From the NCBI GenBank assembly GCA_963736855.1, contig CAVTQK010000023.1, forward strand, positions 64,001 to 128,000: DNA of 64,000 nucleotides. The letters run 5' to 3'. The first letter of the stretch is position 1. The number at the start of each line of letters is the position of its first letter. Under the pieces are notes generated by a model, which had not been told where the DNA came from, did not search any database, and saw only the letters and a list, made by a program, of their open reading frames with translations. Below are positions 51,592 to 61,899 of this stretch, piece by piece. The translations under genes were made by a program, and so were the position numbers. The stretch comes from an uncultured delta proteobacterium (GTDB lineage: Bacteria; Desulfobacterota; Desulfobacteria; Desulfobacterales; UBA2156).

Positions 51592-51917
51592 GTCGCCTCC
51601 CCGGCTGAGTGTTTGATGGCGAATCAACAGAATATGTAATGGCACAAATTGCTTCTCTAAGAGTCATCATCAATCATAAATATCCGGGCTAAGTCAAGAT
51701 TTTTCTGGCAATGCTGTTTCAAGGGTTTTATTTCAAGGTCTTGCGGTTGAAATTCGGATTTGAGCCACCGAAAACATCGGCTATTTTGTCTCACGATGTC
51801 TTCCCATCCTTGAACTTAAAAGGGTAGAAATGATAGAAGCAGTACCCAAAGCGGTGAACGAAATGGCACACGACAGGGCCTTTTCCCGGCTTTTCCCCAT
51901 TGCCTCCCCTTTCAATT

Positions 51918-52433
51918 TCAAACTAATTTTTTCGCGGCTTCGAGTACAGGCGTGTAGTCCGGTTCATGTGTTGTTTCCTTAACCAGTTGTATATATCGGA
52001 TCACTCCCTTCCTGTCGATGACAAAGACGGCGCGGGCCAGAAGCCGGAGCTCTTTGATGAGCACACCGAAAGCCAGCCCCAGATCGGCTGTCCGATGGTC
52101 TGAAAGAGTGATAACCTGATCCACCCCCGCAGCACCGCACCAACGCTTCTGGGCAAAAGGCAAATCCATGCTCACCGTCAGGATGACCACATCTTTCCCG
52201 AGTCCGGAAGCCTCCTTGTTGAACCTCCGGGTTTCCATATCACAAACCGATGTATCCAAGGACGAGACAGTGGACAAGATGACCACCTTGTCTCGATAGT
52301 CTGAAACTTTCACCGGTTTTAGGTCATTGCTCAGCAGCTCCACATCCGGGGCCGCTTCCCCCACCTTGACCTCATTTCCCAGCAGAGTGAGGGGGTTTTG
52401 ATGCGATGTGATTAACTTGCCTCTTTCTTTCAT
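51918..52433 (-). CDS. tpx: Thiol peroxidase (atypical 2-Cys peroxiredoxin)
   Basis: SLDTSVCDMETRRFN, SMDLPFAQKRWC, LLARAVFV, EPDY. Confidence 0.95.
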   Translation of the reverse strand: MKERGKLITSHQNPLTLLGNEVKVGEAAPDVELLSNDLKPVKVSDYRDKVVILSTVSSLDTSVCDMETRRFNKEASGLGKDVVILTVSMDLPFAQKRWCGAAGVDQVITLSDHRTADLGLAFGVLIKELRLLARAVFVIDRKGVIRYIQLVKETTHEPDYTPVLEAAKKLV

Positions 52434-52693
52434 CGGTTTGCCTCCTATTTTCAATGGACTTCAAAGAATTTGACTGCGATGAATGTAATACGCAAACCCG
52501 CTTAGTCAATCGTGTAAAAAACGATCCGATCAAATCGATCCATTTTAAAAAAGGAGACTTATAAAGAAACTCTCTTTGTTAATGTGGTCGACAGATGAAT
52601 GACAGCTCCCCTTCTTTTAATGCTACATTAGAAATGAATTAGAATTGTTTAAGGAGATGGGATCCTCCAGATTACAAACGATGTATTTTTTTA

Positions 52694-52742
52694 TTGACAA
52701 AAACATTTCAATCTTTATAGATTTATTTAAGATAATATTTAA
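52694..52742 (+). promoter_or_regulatory. Putative sigma70 promoter with overlapping AT-rich ArsR-type operator
   Basis: TTGACA at 52694, TATAGA/TAGATT -10, then an imperfect inverted repeat ATTTAAGATAATATTTAAT. Confidence 0.45.
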
Positions 52743-52760
52743 TTGGTTGGAGCAACGCCC

Positions 52761-53252
52761 TTGATTGAGCAATTGAAAGCCCTGGCTGACGAAAAGCGGC
52801 TGAAAATTCTGAAAATGCTTTTAAGCAGCGATTTGTGTGTCGGCGCACTTGCCAAACGTCTGGGCGCCTCCAAGCCGGCCGTTTCCCAACATCTTCGCAT
52901 CTTGCGCAAAGCCGGGCTTGTCAGGGGGGAAAAGCGCGGCTACTGGACCCATTACGCGGTGAACGGACAGGCCCTGGTTCAGCTCGCCGACCACCTGGAC
53001 GTTCTGGCGACAACGAAGAGTCCCGCCGTCGCCATTTGCCGACGGATATCCGAACCGTCTTTGAATCATCAAGCATTAAAGGAGGAAGAAATGTGTCAAA
53101 ATTGTTGTCAACAGCCCGTCCAATTGAAAGATAAACCGGAAAACTGCACCCCGGAACAGATTCAAAAATGCCATGGGGACGTTCAAGGGCATCCCTGCAT
53201 CGAACCCGTTCATAAAGGTAGTGAAAAAAATCATCCGAAAATTAAAAAATGA
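52761..53252 (+). CDS. ArsR/SmtB-family regulator with Cys/His-rich C-terminal tail
   Basis: LKALADEKRLKIL, LCVGALA, AVSQHLRILRKAGLV, GYWTHY. Confidence 0.92.
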   Translation: MIEQLKALADEKRLKILKMLLSSDLCVGALAKRLGASKPAVSQHLRILRKAGLVRGEKRGYWTHYAVNGQALVQLADHLDVLATTKSPAVAICRRISEPSLNHQALKEEEMCQNCCQQPVQLKDKPENCTPEQIQKCHGDVQGHPCIEPVHKGSEKNHPKIKK

Positions 53253-54223
53253 CCGAGGCCATTTCCGTTCAAAATCTGGCCAAGCGCTTCGACAACGTCG
53301 AAGCGGTCGCGGGGATTTCGTTTGCCGTTGAAAGAGGAGAACTGTTCGGTTTCCTCGGACCCAACGGTGCGGGAAAAACCACAACCATCAATATGCTTAC
53401 GGGCCTGGCCCGCCCTGATACGGGATCCATCCGTATCGGCGGAATCGACTGTACGACCCACCCCAGGGCGGCCCAGCATTTGATCGGTGTGGTTCCGGAT
53501 GAAAGCAATCTGTATCCGGAACTTACCGGCTTCGACAACCTGTGTTTTTGTGCGGCGCTTTACGGTATAGGTAAGGCCGAGCGGCGAACACGAGCCCGGG
53601 AGCTTCTGGAAACTTTCGGTTTGCTTCAGGCAGCGGACCGCAATTTCGGTGGCTATTCCAGGGGGATGAAACGCAAACTCACCATCGCCGCCGGCATCAT
53701 CCATAAACCGGAAATTCTTTTCTTAGACGAGCCTACCACGGGGATTGATGTGGCCTCCGCCCGGCAACTCCGTAAGCACATCGCCGATCTGCACCGGTCC
53801 GGAACCACCATTTTTTTAACCACACATTATATCGATGAGGCGGAACGGCTTTGCGGCCGGGTCACGTTTATCGTGTCCGGACGCATCGTGGGCATCGACA
53901 CAGTGGAGCACCTGATCCAGCCCATCCAGACAAAACATATTGTCCAGATCTCCTTCGCAAACGGACCCTCCGACGTATCGAAGAAACTTGCAGAAGCTTT
54001 CCCCGATCTGGAATTTACTCTTCCGGGACAAGGCCTTATTCGGGTGGAAAGTGACCGAGTCGTACGCGTCGGAGAAGTGGTCCGTTTCCTGGAAGACCAC
54101 GGAATCGAGGTCTCGGAAGCCCGGAGGATGCGGCCGTCTTTGGAGGATGTCTTCGTGAGAATCACCGGTATCGAGACAGACACCATGCACAAAGAAAAAG
54201 AAAAAAAAGGAGGCTGGTTATAA
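53249..54223 (+). CDS. ABC transporter ATP-binding protein (DrrA-like)
   Basis: GPNGAGKTT, YSRGMKRK, LDEPTTG, TTHY, PSLEDVF. Confidence 0.93.
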   Translation: MTEAISVQNLAKRFDNVEAVAGISFAVERGELFGFLGPNGAGKTTTINMLTGLARPDTGSIRIGGIDCTTHPRAAQHLIGVVPDESNLYPELTGFDNLCFCAALYGIGKAERRTRARELLETFGLLQAADRNFGGYSRGMKRKLTIAAGIIHKPEILFLDEPTTGIDVASARQLRKHIADLHRSGTTIFLTTHYIDEAERLCGRVTFIVSGRIVGIDTVEHLIQPIQTKHIVQISFANGPSDVSKKLAEAFPDLEFTLPGQGLIRVESDRVVRVGEVVRFLEDHGIEVSEARRMRPSLEDVFVRITGIETDTMHKEKEKKGGWL

Positions 54224-54957
54224 AATCCTGGATCGCCTTCTGGAACATCCTGGTCAAAGACATGCGGACCTATTATCTCAAGCCGCCCAACATCAGTTGG
54301 GGACTCATCTTTCCCCTGGCATGGACAGGAATGTTTTTCATCAAATCCGGAAGCGGCCTGGGAAGCATCCCGACATTGCTTCCGGGCGTGACGGCCATCT
54401 CCATTTTGTTCGGAACCACATCTTTGCTTGCGGTCACTGTGACTTTCGAAAAGAAAAATAGATCCTTCGAGCGCCTCCTGCTTGCGCCGCTTCCACTTGA
54501 GATTCTGATGCTTGCCAAGACCTCCGGCGCCGTTTTGTTCGGCGTGGCCAACGCCTTCGTTCCGGTGGCCATGGCCGCCTGTATTACGGATCTCTCCCCG
54601 ATCGCCTGGCGCTTGTTTATCCCGGCGGTGTTCCTGATTTCCGTGGCATCCACCTTTCTGGGCCTTTTTATCGCCGTGGCCGTAAGCGAAGTCTTTGAGG
54701 CCCAAACCTTCTCCAATTTCTTCCGGTTTCCCATGATTTTTTTATGCGGGCTCTTTTTCCCTATCGAGAAGCTGCCCGCGTTTCTCAAACCCATCTCGTA
54801 TGTGCTCCCCCTGACTTATGGCGCCGATGTTCTTCACGGTGCCGTGCATGGCGAGCATGCCATACCCTTCTTTCTCGATTTCATCCTCCTTGCCGCATTT
54901 TGTATCGGATTGTTTTTCCTGAGTCTCCGCAACATCAGGAAGCGTTGGATTGTCTGA
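54220..54957 (+). CDS. ABC-2 type permease
   Basis: Six hydrophobic segments, FLCGLFFPIEKLP...LPLTY. The RBS-adjacent start is ATA at 54220; the first ATG is at 54262. Confidence 0.88.
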   Translation: MKSWIAFWNILVKDMRTYYLKPPNISWGLIFPLAWTGMFFIKSGSGLGSIPTLLPGVTAISILFGTTSLLAVTVTFEKKNRSFERLLLAPLPLEILMLAKTSGAVLFGVANAFVPVAMAACITDLSPIAWRLFIPAVFLISVASTFLGLFIAVAVSEVFEAQTFSNFFRFPMIFLCGLFFPIEKLPAFLKPISYVLPLTYGADVLHGAVHGEHAIPFFLDFILLAAFCIGLFFLSLRNIRKRWIV

Positions 54958-54966
54958 CGGCACGAT

Positions 54967-55488
54967 CTAGTCGAAAACGAAATCCGCAAGATAGACCGAC
55001 AGCTTTTCCCGGTTTTCCGGCGTGAGTTCCGGGCAATCGTCGATACCACGGCCGCCTTCAACCACATGGGCCGCAAAGACCATGCATGTAGGCCGGCCGC
55101 ATTTTTTACAGTTGGTTTTCGGCAGAAGACTCAGAATCTTTATCAGTTGAGGTTTGGTTTTTCCCGTGTAGCACGGAGTGATCGTTTCCCGGTTCTTCCA
55201 TGCCTGATTGATTTCCGTCTTCAGCCATTCTAGAACACGGTCTGCTTCAATGTCATCCTCCAGGGCGTTGACAGCGATCTCCCTTGGGGCCACCTTGATG
55301 ATTTTACCGTGGTGATGAAACATTACCAACGGTGGATCACTGAAATACTGGGTGCCTCCGAGAACGGCGTTCAGATAAGGCAGAACCTCGCCGATATCCT
55401 CGTTCAGACGCGCGATGCAGTGCACCGATTCGAAACTCGGGTTGCACTCGGGCCGAAAAATCTCTTTGACATACCCGGTCAGTAACAT
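54967..55488 (-). CDS. (Fe-S)-binding protein with C-terminal FeS domain
   Basis: LPKTNCKKCGRPTCMVFA...CPEL. Confidence 0.85.
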   Translation of the reverse strand: MLLTGYVKEIFRPECNPSFESVHCIARLNEDIGEVLPYLNAVLGGTQYFSDPPLVMFHHHGKIIKVAPREIAVNALEDDIEADRVLEWLKTEINQAWKNRETITPCYTGKTKPQLIKILSLLPKTNCKKCGRPTCMVFAAHVVEGGRGIDDCPELTPENREKLSVYLADFVFD

Positions 55489-55575
55489 GGGTCCTCCCAC
55501 TATTTCCAATGTCCATTAAATATTTTTGGAGATAACCCCCGGCAACTTTTGTAATATTTAAAATCCCTCTTTCCT

Positions 55576-56595
55576 TCAGCGATTATTTTCCGCGGTTGGA
55601 TCCGCTTTTTCTTCCACCGGACCCCATTCCATCTTTCCTTCCTTTAAGATCCGCACACAGGCATCCACCACATCGGTGTCGTATTTGATCCCCCGCCAGG
55701 AGGTTAATTCCTCCAGGGCCGCCTGCATCCCCACCGCGGGCCGATAGGGACGGAAACAGCACATGGCATCCACAACATCGGCCACACCGAGAATGCGCGC
55801 TTCGAGTAAAATGGCATCCCCTTTCAGCCCCCGGGGATATCCGGAACCGTCCATACGCTCATGATGTTGATAGATGACCTCGGCCAAGGGCCATGGAAAA
55901 TCGATGTCTTTTAAAATATCGTAGGCGGCCTTGGGGTGATTCTGGATAATGGCCAGTTCATGCCCCGTTACGCTTCCCGACCGGTTCAAGATGGCCTGGG
56001 GCACAAAAATTTTTCCCAGATCATGAATGGCGGCAGCCATACGCAACCCTTCGGTGCGTTCCCATGAAAAACCCAGTTCCCGGGCGATCCTCCGACAGAG
56101 CTTTGTAACCCGGCGCTGGTGACCGGCGGTGTTAGGGTCCCGCATTTCAATGGCCATGGACATGGCCTGAATCACGCCTCCCATGGCTTTCCGGAATTTT
56201 TCCCGGCTTTCATAAAGGGGAGTCATATCGCTGACGATTTCGATTATACCGGCCAACTTGCCGTCGGCTGTCCGGTAACCGGTGGCGGTAATAATGCCGG
56301 GGGCGCTGCGACCGCACGCGTAATGCTTATCCCCTTCGTAGCGAAGCTGTTCCACGCCGTCTCGGATACGATTCATGGGGCAGGCTTGCGTCCGGCACAA
56401 GTCTCCCGGAAATACCTCATAGCATTTTTCCCCGATCGCCTGAGACCGTGAAATGCCCGACAAGCCCGAAAACGCCGCATTCACCCAGAGTATGTTGAAA
56501 TCCGTATCGATGACGACTACGGCGTTAGGCACGGCCTCCAGGACCTGCCGATAATCCAGTTCATCCTTTGGATCAACACGCTTTTTAGCCTTCAT
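55576..56595 (-). CDS. PAS + HD-GYP phosphodiesterase
   Basis: PAS with a Cys cluster; TAGHQRRV, IHDLGK, HHERMDGSGYP, RPYR. Confidence 0.92.
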   Translation of the reverse strand: MKAKKRVDPKDELDYRQVLEAVPNAVVVIDTDFNILWVNAAFSGLSGISRSQAIGEKCYEVFPGDLCRTQACPMNRIRDGVEQLRYEGDKHYACGRSAPGIITATGYRTADGKLAGIIEIVSDMTPLYESREKFRKAMGGVIQAMSMAIEMRDPNTAGHQRRVTKLCRRIARELGFSWERTEGLRMAAAIHDLGKIFVPQAILNRSGSVTGHELAIIQNHPKAAYDILKDIDFPWPLAEVIYQHHERMDGSGYPRGLKGDAILLEARILGVADVVDAMCCFRPYRPAVGMQAALEELTSWRGIKYDTDVVDACVRILKEGKMEWGPVEEKADPTAENNR

Positions 56596-56675
56596 AATAT
56601 GTTACTTTCGAATTAAATCTTGCATGGATTGGTGTTGTATCCACACGGTTTTAGGCACACCGGGCATGAAGCCGC

Positions 56676-57767
56676 TCACGGCTTGCAGGTCACATGGCAT
56701 ACTCCGGTGGGAGTTTCCACTGCATAGGGAAAATATTTCCCTTTGAACCATGAAGCCACGTTGACCAGGCTGATCAATACCGGCACTTCCACCAGAGGCC
56801 CGATGACCGCCGCAAAGGCTTCGCCGGAGTTGATTCCGAAGACCGCCACGGCCACGGCGATGGCCAGCTCAAAATTGTTCGACGCCGCGGTAAACGACAG
56901 CGTGGTGGTCTGCTCATAGGTCGCCTTGAATTTCATGGACATGAAAAAAGTGATCAGAAACATGACCAAAAAATAGATGCACAACGGAATGGCGATCCGC
57001 ACCACATCCAGAGGAAGTTTCACGATGTATTCCCCCTTCAAAGAGAACATGACCACGATGGTAAAGAGCAAGGCGATGAGGGTGATGGGGCTGATCTTGG
57101 GAATGAATCGTTCATGGTACCACTTTTCCCCCTTGGTCTTCAGGCCGATGATGCGGGTGATCAATCCGGCAATAAACGGAATGCCCAGGTAGATGAAAAC
57201 GCTTTCGGCGATCTGCCCGATGGTGACATCCACGGTGGAGCCTTCGAGCCCGAACCACCCGGGAAGGATGGTGATGAAAAACCAGGCATAAACCGAGAAG
57301 AAAAGCACCTGAAAGATGGAGTTGAAGGCCACCAGCCCGGCACAGTATTCGGCGTCGCCTTTGGCCAGATCGTTCCAGACCAGGACCATGGCGATGCACC
57401 GGGCCAGGCCGATCATGATCAACCCCACCATGTATTCGTGATGACCGGAAAGAAACGCAATCGCCAAAAAAAACATCAGGATCGGCCCGATGACCCAGTT
57501 CTGGACCAGGGACAAACCGAGAATCTTGACATCCCGAAAGACAAACCCGAGTTTCTCATACCGCACCTTGGCCAGAGGCGGATACATCATCAGTATCAGA
57601 CCGACGGCAATGGGAATATTGGTGGTCCCCACCTGGAAGATATTGATGAAATCCCGAACCCCTGGATAGAGATACCCACCGAATACCCCGACAGCCATGG
57701 CTAAAAAGATCCACAAAGTGAGAAATCGGTCCAGGAAACTTAATTTCTTGATGGTCGATCCGGTCAT
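56676..57767 (-). CDS. acr3: ACR3-family arsenite efflux transporter
   Basis: [44 protein letters not shown]. Confidence 0.96.
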   Translation of the reverse strand: MTGSTIKKLSFLDRFLTLWIFLAMAVGVFGGYLYPGVRDFINIFQVGTTNIPIAVGLILMMYPPLAKVRYEKLGFVFRDVKILGLSLVQNWVIGPILMFFLAIAFLSGHHEYMVGLIMIGLARCIAMVLVWNDLAKGDAEYCAGLVAFNSIFQVLFFSVYAWFFITILPGWFGLEGSTVDVTIGQIAESVFIYLGIPFIAGLITRIIGLKTKGEKWYHERFIPKISPITLIALLFTIVVMFSLKGEYIVKLPLDVVRIAIPLCIYFLVMFLITFFMSMKFKATYEQTTTLSFTAASNNFELAIAVAVAVFGINSGEAFAAVIGPLVEVPVLISLVNVASWFKGKYFPYAVETPTGVCHVTCKP

Positions 57768-57801
57768 AAGGCCTCCTATAGAATAATGAGCGACTCCTGG
57801 A

Positions 57802-58060
57802 TTAGTGGGAAAAATCACGACAAACCGGTTGGGGCCTGCCCATACTATAGGGCGTCATCACGATCTGCCACAATTGAATGCTTTGCGCCCGGAAAGCCCC
57901 GGCGCAGGAAAGGAGGTAATACTCCCACATACGCTTGAAACGACCATCGTATTTCTTTTCCAATCGGGGCCAGGCCTTTTGAAAGTTACGGTTCCAGGCC
58001 ATGAGGGTGCAGTCGTAGTGGAGCCCGAGATTGTGCCAATCCTCGATGACAAAAAGATTT
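57802..58060 (-). pseudogene. cfa: 3' fragment of cyclopropane fatty acid synthase
   Basis: FVIEDWHNLGLHYDCTLMAW...RFKRMWEYYLLSCAGAFRA..IQLWQ is only the last ~80 aa; the SAM-binding region is absent. Confidence 0.85.
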
Positions 58061-58073
58061 TCGGCCGCTTTGG

Positions 58074-59702
58074 TCATAGTGTCGTTCGGCGATTTTTCGG
58101 GCACGCACCCTGGACTGGAGGTTGAAGAGCACCGCCGGCAATAACCGGAGTTGGTGCCGTAGGCTTCCCCGCATCCGATTCCGTCTTGTTCGGATTAATG
58201 ATTACGGCTGTCAAGGGCTTCAGGTAAAACTCGAAAACCATCAGGTATATAGCGACCAAGAAAAAAAACAGATCCCGGACTACGGTCCAGAGATCGGCGG
58301 GACTTCCGGTGGTTTCCGTGGAAAAACAGCCGCAGTGAATGTCAAGCCCTCGGATTTGGTTGAATATCAACGAGCCGATAAAAATCGTCAAAAGACCGGT
58401 GCCCGTCAATGTCGCACCGGGCATCCAGAATCCGGTAATCAGGCACACTCCGAGCAGCAGCTCCAGCCAGGGGAGAATCAATGCAGCAAGGTTGACCGCA
58501 GCATTCGGCAGAACTTGGTAGTTGTAAACAGCCTGGGCGAAGGCTTGGGGGTGCAGGATTTTATCATAACATGCATACAGGAAAACGGCTCCCAAAAAAA
58601 TACGCAACGGATGAAAAAAATAAGATTGAATTCGCATCTTCCTCCTGTCGCTTCCCGAATCATCGGAGCGTGTGGGTTCTGAAAGATGCCCTGAAATTCC
58701 ATCGCATGCCATTTCACACAACAGGGTTCCCTTTCCGCAGGTTCCGGTTTCAAACTGCAGCACCGGATGATCGATTTGAAAACGGTGGAGCAGTTCGTGC
58801 CGGATGCGTCCGGCTAACGCTTCCGTACTGCTGACGGATTGATCGGGGACCACAATATGACATGAGAATGCCGTGCTCGTCGAAGATAGCTGCCAGGCAT
58901 GTATGTAATGCACGCCCAGGACTCCGGGAAAATTGGATAAAAAGTTGCGAACCTGTTCGATCCGGATATGGCTTGGTGTCGCATTCATCAGGACCATCGT
59001 GGATTTTTTGAATAACCCCCATCCGTTTTTTAGAATGAAAACCGCGATAAATATGGAAAGCAAAGGGTCCATCCAATACCACGGATAGAACAGCAGAAGG
59101 ATACCGTTTATTAAAACAACCACCGAGGTAAGCAGATCCCCTATCATGTGCAAAAACGCTCCCTGTACATTCAGGCTATGGGCTGCGTCTCTGTGCAGGA
59201 GCAAGGCCGAGAGCCCATTGCCGATCACCCCGACTCCGGCCAGGATGATTACGGTCAGACCATTCACCGCCTGTGGATGTAAAAAACGGTGAAATGCATG
59301 GTACAGGATGATTCCCGAGGCGCCTGTCAGCAAAAAAACATTGATCAGCGCCGCCAGGATCTCGGCCCGTCGATATCCGAACGTATTGGATATCGTGGCC
59401 CCCTTTCGGCCGATCCGAAATGCGATATAGGAAATCAACACCGCGGCAAAATCGCTGAAATTGTGCACCGCATCCGAAATCAGGGCCATGCTGTTGGCCA
59501 GCATGCCGCCGATGACCTGGGCTACGGGGATTACAAAGTTTAATGCCAGGGTAACCAGGAGTCTTTTACCTTCCGAATCCTCCGGTGCCGTGCCATGGCG
59601 ATGTCCGGTATGCATAGCATCGAAAGCTTCCTTCCGATCATCGGAGTGCTCGCAACACAGGGACTGAGGATCGGTTTTTTCCTTAAATTTTTCTTCAGTC
59701 AT
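58074..59702 (-). CDS. CDF cation transporter (CzcD-like) fused to a MauE/DoxX domain
   Basis: SMALISDAVHN, TFGYRRAE, FLHMIGD, HPVLQFE, then DKILHP...LPWLE...GLDIHCGCF. Confidence 0.88.
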   Translation of the reverse strand: MTEEKFKEKTDPQSLCCEHSDDRKEAFDAMHTGHRHGTAPEDSEGKRLLVTLALNFVIPVAQVIGGMLANSMALISDAVHNFSDFAAVLISYIAFRIGRKGATISNTFGYRRAEILAALINVFLLTGASGIILYHAFHRFLHPQAVNGLTVIILAGVGVIGNGLSALLLHRDAAHSLNVQGAFLHMIGDLLTSVVVLINGILLLFYPWYWMDPLLSIFIAVFILKNGWGLFKKSTMVLMNATPSHIRIEQVRNFLSNFPGVLGVHYIHAWQLSSTSTAFSCHIVVPDQSVSSTEALAGRIRHELLHRFQIDHPVLQFETGTCGKGTLLCEMACDGISGHLSEPTRSDDSGSDRRKMRIQSYFFHPLRIFLGAVFLYACYDKILHPQAFAQAVYNYQVLPNAAVNLAALILPWLELLLGVCLITGFWMPGATLTGTGLLTIFIGSLIFNQIRGLDIHCGCFSTETTGSPADLWTVVRDLFFFLVAIYLMVFEFYLKPLTAVIINPNKTESDAGKPTAPTPVIAGGALQPPVQGACPKNRRTTL

Positions 59703-60205
59703 TATCTGATGCTCTCATCCGTGGGTAACCCGGCCTGTTGCCATTCGGTCCAGCCGTTCACCAGGACATGAACGTTTTCAAACCCCATTTGAATCAAGAA
59801 AAGTGCCAGTTCGTTGCTCAATTCACAGTTTTCTCCGTCACAATAGGTGATAATGTATTTTTCACGGTCGATCCGGTTTATCACCTCTACGAAATACCGA
59901 TCCACGTCTTGCCAGGGAATATTCAGCGCTCCCCGGATATGCCCTTCCAGGTAAAGGGATTCCGGGCGGGCATCCACAAAAATTGCCTCCTGGGATTCAT
60001 GGAGCTTCACCGCCCGATTGAGATCGATGATCAGGCTTTTCTCCGCTGCATCGGAAAACCGCGCTTTAGTCGACCAGTCGCCGACAATGGGAATTCCGTC
60101 GCTGCGCCAATGGTTGACACCGACTGCGATCAAAGAGGCCAGAATCAGGAGCGCGGGAATCTGCCACATCGCTTCTTTCAATGCAAATCTTCCCGATTTA
60201 CTCAT
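59702..60205 (-). CDS. Membrane-anchored rhodanese-like domain protein
   Basis: FVDAR...GHIRGALNIP, TYCDGENC, GWTEW. Confidence 0.9.
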   Translation of the reverse strand: MSKSGRFALKEAMWQIPALLILASLIAVGVNHWRSDGIPIVGDWSTKARFSDAAEKSLIIDLNRAVKLHESQEAIFVDARPESLYLEGHIRGALNIPWQDVDRYFVEVINRIDREKYIITYCDGENCELSNELALFLIQMGFENVHVLVNGWTEWQQAGLPTDESIR

Positions 60206-60288
60206 TTTGGCCTTCCTTTACGATTTCATCGTTATTTCAGGGTACTTGACCCTGCGATGTGCTTTTCAACGATTCTTTTATAAATCTT

Positions 60289-61011
60289 TCAAGTACCGGA
60301 GAAAAACGGGCCGGAGATAAAATATACCCCCAGCAACGCGATGACCACACCGGCACCCCGCTGGAACCACAGGCCTACCCCCTGGTAGGTGCGGCTTTCC
60401 GTCAATCTTCTGACCCATGCGGTGGAGCTTCCTGCCAGTACAATCGGAAGACAATGGCCGAGGGCGAAGAAAATCATCATGATGGATCCGGCGACAATCT
60501 TCTGTTGAACCGTGACGATGGCCAGAATCGGCGCAATAAAACCGAAGGTGCAGGAACCGGATAGGATGCCGTATGCCAGCCCCAATCCGAAAGCACCGTG
60601 AATCCCGTGAAGTTTCAAACGATAAAGCAATGAACCGGATATGGAACAGGATTGTACGCCCAGCATGCCCAAAGCCACCCAGATCAGCACGGCACCCACC
60701 AGAATCTGCCACCAGGTTCCCACGTCCCCGAGCATGCGTCCCAGCAGCGCACATACGACACCCACTGCTGCAATAGTTATGAAAAGCCCTGATGTAAAAG
60801 CCCCTGCATACCAGACCGCTTTCTTAGGATTGACGGCGTTCTGCTGGCCTCCCACATAGGCTATGATTAAAGGGATGGAAGCCAGATGGCAGGGACTGAA
60901 CAGAACACTCACCGTGCCCCATAGAAACGCTCCGGTCATCGCCACTACTGCACCTTGGTTCATCCATTGGTTCACGGCAATAAAAAGCATATCCAGAATA
61001 TTCTGATGCAT
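60289..61011 (-). CDS. ccdA: CcdA/DsbD-family thiol-disulfide transporter
   Basis: FSPCHLASIP and SGSCTFGFIAP in a six-TM protein. Confidence 0.88.
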   Translation of the reverse strand: MHQNILDMLFIAVNQWMNQGAVVAMTGAFLWGTVSVLFSPCHLASIPLIIAYVGGQQNAVNPKKAVWYAGAFTSGLFITIAAVGVVCALLGRMLGDVGTWWQILVGAVLIWVALGMLGVQSCSISGSLLYRLKLHGIHGAFGLGLAYGILSGSCTFGFIAPILAIVTVQQKIVAGSIMMIFFALGHCLPIVLAGSSTAWVRRLTESRTYQGVGLWFQRGAGVVIALLGVYFISGPFFSGT

Positions 61012-61014
61012 TCT

Positions 61015-61120
61015 TTACTGTGACAATCCTGATTTTTATAGTTGCCTGATTACTTCCTTTTCCGGATAAAACCCCACGTGCCGAAACACTTCATTCCCTT
61101 TTGTTCGGAAAAATCGTCGG
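61015..61120 (-). pseudogene. Degenerate thioredoxin C-terminal remnant
   Basis: Reads KGNEVFRHVGFYPEKEVIRQL*KSGLSQ*, matching KGDEVFRHLGFMSEKDI of the 61900-62331 thioredoxin. Confidence 0.7.
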
Positions 61121-61169
61121 TAAAGAGGAGCCTGTTAATATCGTGCCTTTAAAAGCGATCATCGTTCTT

Positions 61170-61871
61170 TTACCTTATGGAACCGGTGACATAAATAGAG
61201 ATCGTCGGCCGCACAGGGCTGTCGGTTTTGACAAAAAGGATATCGGCAAACCCCCCTCTTCCGGGCCGGGCGGCTTCCACCTTGATTACGTAGCGATCGC
61301 TTTTTTGATCGCATCTTTTTTCAAAGCTCCAACGGATGAAACGGCCGTCTTTTGCCTGAATCTCTTTGATAACAAACGGGTATTCCTTCCGCGGGATGAT
61401 TTCAACTTCCATCGACAGAGGATCCCCGGCCGAACCGATCAACCGGACGCTTTCCGGGCGGATTTCCGCAAACTTCTCCACCTGACCCGACACGCTGACA
61501 GCCAATAAGGGAAATTTCGGGTCGTTTGTATGAATTCGCACCGTTTCCAAAATTTTTCTTCCACCATATCCAGCGGTGGCAACTGTTACTGTAATGTTTC
61601 CCTCCTGCCCGGGAAGGATCCGCTTCGTGCTGGTTGCGGCCGTGCACCCTCACCCGGACTCCATTTTGAGGATGTCCAGAGGTGCATCTCCCTGATTTTG
61701 AATGATAAAATCATGGCTCACCTTGGTCCCTTCCACAACAGGCGTGAATTCGAATGCAGGCGAAGGGATCCGAACTTTCGGTCTTCCGGACTCCGGACCG
61801 GCGGCAAAACTCATCGTTGGAACGCACAGGATCCATACCATTATCCACCGCAATACCGCTCTTCCAGGCAT
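61170..61871 (-). CDS. DUF1573-like Ig-fold exported protein with in-frame TGA (probable selenocysteine, G-U-G-C)
   Basis: ORFs 61650-61871 and 61170-61550 are in the same frame and joined by TGA at 61650-2 plus an open stretch: LKMESG[U]GCTAATSTKRILPGQEGNITV. Confidence 0.8.
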
Positions 61872-61899
61872 CGTATCTCCAATCCAAAAAAACCTTCCG

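Noticed and set aside
51640..51653. TGGCAC...TTGC sigma54-like site
   Set aside because: GG to GC spacing is 8 nt, not the required 10.
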